Part shown: piece after piece, positions 60,955 to 64,000 of the stretch
Layout: every line of letters starts with the position of its first letter
Numbering within the stretch: position 1 is the stretch's first letter
Assembly (NCBI GenBank): GCA_030704615.1
Contig: CM060732.1
Location: 74,462,001-74,526,000 of the forward strand
Length of the DNA: 64,000 nucleotides
Direction: 5' to 3'
DNA from: Takakia lepidozioides
Lineage: Eukaryota > Plantae > Bryophyta
Made by a program: the position numbers and the translations under genes
The notes under the pieces: model-generated
The model's database searches: none
What the model was told of the DNA's origin: nothing
What the model saw: the letters and a program-made list of their open reading frames with translations, nothing else

Positions 60955-63900
60955 ATGGCCTCCCAGGCCATGGGCTCCCTTGACGCGGACTTCTTCAGTG
61001 AGGACCACCCTGTGCCATTTCTTACGAGGTGGAAGATGATGGTTTTGCGCTGGTGCATGAACACGTCCTCGCAACGCAGTTTCGGTTGGAAAATGGAACT
61101 CTATTCCTTCAAAGGGAAGTGTACGATGCCAATGGAAAACTGCTCAAGTACGTGTTCCAGAAACCTTCGCATACTGCACCAGCCACACAATGGAGAGTGC
61201 CTCCAGGCAGATACAGGGTGCTCAGTGCCCCTCTGAGACAGTCTGCAGGATCTTTCGTTACTCCTGGCACGGCAGCATCAGTGGCCCAGGAGAAAACACC
61301 CGTGGTTGTCAAGAAGGAGACGAGTACCGTTAACACTGTAGTTGAGCTTTCGGACTCATCCTCCGATGACACATGTGCAATACCGCCCGTGGATCAGCCA
61401 TGTCCACCTGTAGAAGCAGATGTGGAGGAGATCACCAGTGTCATTCCTAAACTGAAAGCCATGGGAGGGATGGCAGGATTCAAGAGTGAGTTGAGGGGGA
61501 TAGACTGGAGCACTTTCAATATTCAGAGGGTGGCATTCTTGCCGGAATCTTTTGATGGTAATACTGTTTTCGAGCTGCCTCCTCCTGGTCGCTTGGGGGG
61601 CATTTCTAGTCTCCTGGAAGGAATGGACAAAAAGCACGATGGGCACCCTTGGTGCCGCACAAAAACCTCCAATATTCACAACAACGACAAACTCATATTC
61701 AGGCGAACAGTCTGTAATGGGCACCTGAAATGCGAGAACATGAAATGCAGACACTTCGCATTGTCAGGTGTGCAAAACCAAAGCGAATGGGATGGTGTCA
61801 GTGAGAATCCATTCAAGCCTGGGGTGACACCACCATACAGTAACACTTTTGTGTGCAAGTTCTGTAGGGTACCACCTTGCTGCCTTGCTTTGTGTGGCGC
61901 CAGAATGTATTATGTGGTGCATCGATTCAAAACCCTGACTAGAGCCTGTGTCCATTTCGGTTTTCACAACCACCCTGTGTCCAAGGGGGATTATAGGGAG
62001 AGCGTTGACACAGTCTCGCGTCTGATAAGGCAAGAGTTGGATACCAATCCAACTGGAACCACATCTGCAATTGCCATGGGGGCGAGCAAGTCCTTTCTGG
62101 AAAGCCGTATTCTGTGTGCATCAAATTCGGTTGGAGGAATACTGGAGGGATCGGCTTTGGACACTGTTATGGACCATTTCTCAACTTTGACTTCTCCAAA
62201 CATTAGGAATCAGGTGAACGCTTTAAGAATGGGCTCTGGGAGCCGAGGTTATATGGACAATATTATGGATTTGAAGAAAAGGAGCATGTATGACTACATC
62301 CAAGACAGCGTTTTCCCGGGACAAGGAGCCAGGAAAGTGTTCTTGTTCAAAATGTCCACAAAAGGTGAGGGCAGCGGGGTCAGCCTGGTTAAACGTATGC
62401 AGAAGGGTGGTGATCTTGGCAACTGCTTCCTTATGTTCGATCATGTCAAGAGGGTTAAAGACTGGACCACAATGGCATGTCATGTTTACGACCCTGTGTA
62501 CCAGCGGGTCATGACAATTGCAGTGTGTGACATGCAGTCAGAGGACACAGATTCACAACAGCTCATGTGGGAAGCTCTCATTCGAGTTATGGCCTCCAAT
62601 GGTCTCCCATCTCCCAATTTCGTTGGTTTCATGGCCGATAGTGCTCAAGCTAACTTCAACGCTGTCCGCATTGTGTTCGGACGGGAGACCCAAAAGTGCC
62701 AATGCCTGGAAGAGAACGTACATGTCTTTTCCATTGGACACAATCCCTGGACAAACACACAAAGACATACATCAAGCCAGATATGCAGACTATGCATCGC
62801 CAACTGTGCAACCAGTACAAGGACGCCAAAACTATGGGGGAAGCGAATACATTGTTCCAGACAATTCGTGCCTGGTGGTACTCATCTGGAGCGGCATCGG
62901 AGGACAGCATGAGGGCACTGCAAGACTGGTTCGCATTTTGGCACTTCCGTTACCGACAGTGGGGAGCGGCCATGACAACGGTGAGTGGTTTGTATTCACC
63001 TTCGTTTGGGTGCTTCGGATATATCTTTCAGGGTCCAATCCTAATATGGGTTTCTGTTTTTTTCCTTGCAGCATATGTCCATTGAGGAGATGGCGGACAT
63101 GCCTTCTTGCAATCTTGTAGAGACAGTGCACAATGCCTGGTTGCAGCAATCCGACAAAAAAGGGAGAGATTTGTATGCGGCGATGGCCGATGACCTCATT
63201 CGTGCTCTGCAGTAGCAAACCAGATATAGGTCATTCTTGAGGGGTGGCCTTGGTGGCAAAGGTCCGGACAGGAGCAGTTGATGTTGCGGGCAGCTGGAAG
63301 ATCAGGGGATCCCAGCAAAATAGCGCGGGCAGTGAGCATATGTGCAGATGGCACCCCTCTCGTGGGAAGAGTTCCCCATCTGGAAGGCGAAGAGAGATTC
63401 GGGTCTTGCAAACGGAAATTGGACACCCCTCCCGGATCAGATGCAGATTCCCATAGGCCGGACAGGGTGAACTTCTCGACGCCACGTGTTCACTTGGATC
63501 AGAGATAGAATTGCGGAACATCCACAGGTGAGGGCTACTCTGGCCCAGACCGGACCCCTGCATCAAGCATTGTCACTGCAATGGTTGAAGACCACAACGT
63601 GGTGCCGCATATAATCGAGTCCATGGGCTTGGACGAGGTTTGGCATATAGAACGCACAAGTGCTGGATCTCGTGTGAAATGCGCGGCGATCAGGGCCACC
63701 AATCATGAAAAATGTACATCATTAATCTCCAGAGGGAAAGAACGCACTGCAGCTCCTACATTCACGGGTTTGTTTCTCCTTACGGACAAGGCGAGGCAAA
63801 GAACCACAAGTTCTGGTTCTGCGCTGACGATTGTGGGAGATGTGTGCATGGCACAGTGAGGCCTTCCGTGGTAAGGAAGCCTACTCCACCAACCGTGTGG

Positions 63901-64000
63901 CCTGTGAAGATGGGCACAGGTCTCACTCACCGAGAGATTGCAATGCTGGAAGAGGCGGGTTTCTCCCTAGCCAGACATTCCATTGCACGTGAAGGTGCTT
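60955..64000 (+). pseudogene. Second Mutator-like transposase with a WRKY/GCM1-type Cys/His domain; runs off the window
   Basis: HDGHPW..CNGHLKCENMKC..CKFC..CGAR..HFGFHNHP; MFDHVKRV (D), FMADSAQANFNAV (D), RERTCLFHW (CxxH), CNLVETVHNAW (E). Frameshifts near 61020 and 62690; TAG at 63213. Confidence 0.8.

Overview
Eukaryotic nuclear DNA from a land plant, probably a non-seed plant (inferred from the PPR style and TE types; not proven). Host genes, all on the minus strand: a 2-exon SRPBCC/polyketide-cyclase-fold gene, a complete 15-exon VPS16/VCL1 gene (840 aa, one GC-AG intron), a PLS-type PPR gene with an N-terminal OSB-type PDF ssDNA-binding motif and a destroyed E2/DYW tail, and an 11-exon half-size ABCG transporter. 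The rest is DNA transposons. (1) A complete 12.7 kb Mutator-like element (17910-30639; long TIRs, 9-bp TSD GTTTTGGTT) encoding a DDE/SWIM transposase and an antisense Ulp1/C48 protease gene. (2) A decayed CACTA element carrying captured KRI1 and FKBP fragments and a large palindromic repeat array. (3) After a 500-N gap, a second Mutator-like transposase lying head-to-head with a spliced gene that fuses a ParB/Srx-like domain (DGNHR) to a beta-class N6-adenine/N4-cytosine DNA methyltransferase fold. The two large introns of that gene hold about 11 copies of one 20-bp palindrome. This ParB-MTase/palindrome/transposase module is the best candidate for an undescribed system. All exon calls and family assignments were made by eye without database searches. 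Many 1-nt frameshifts may be assembly errors.
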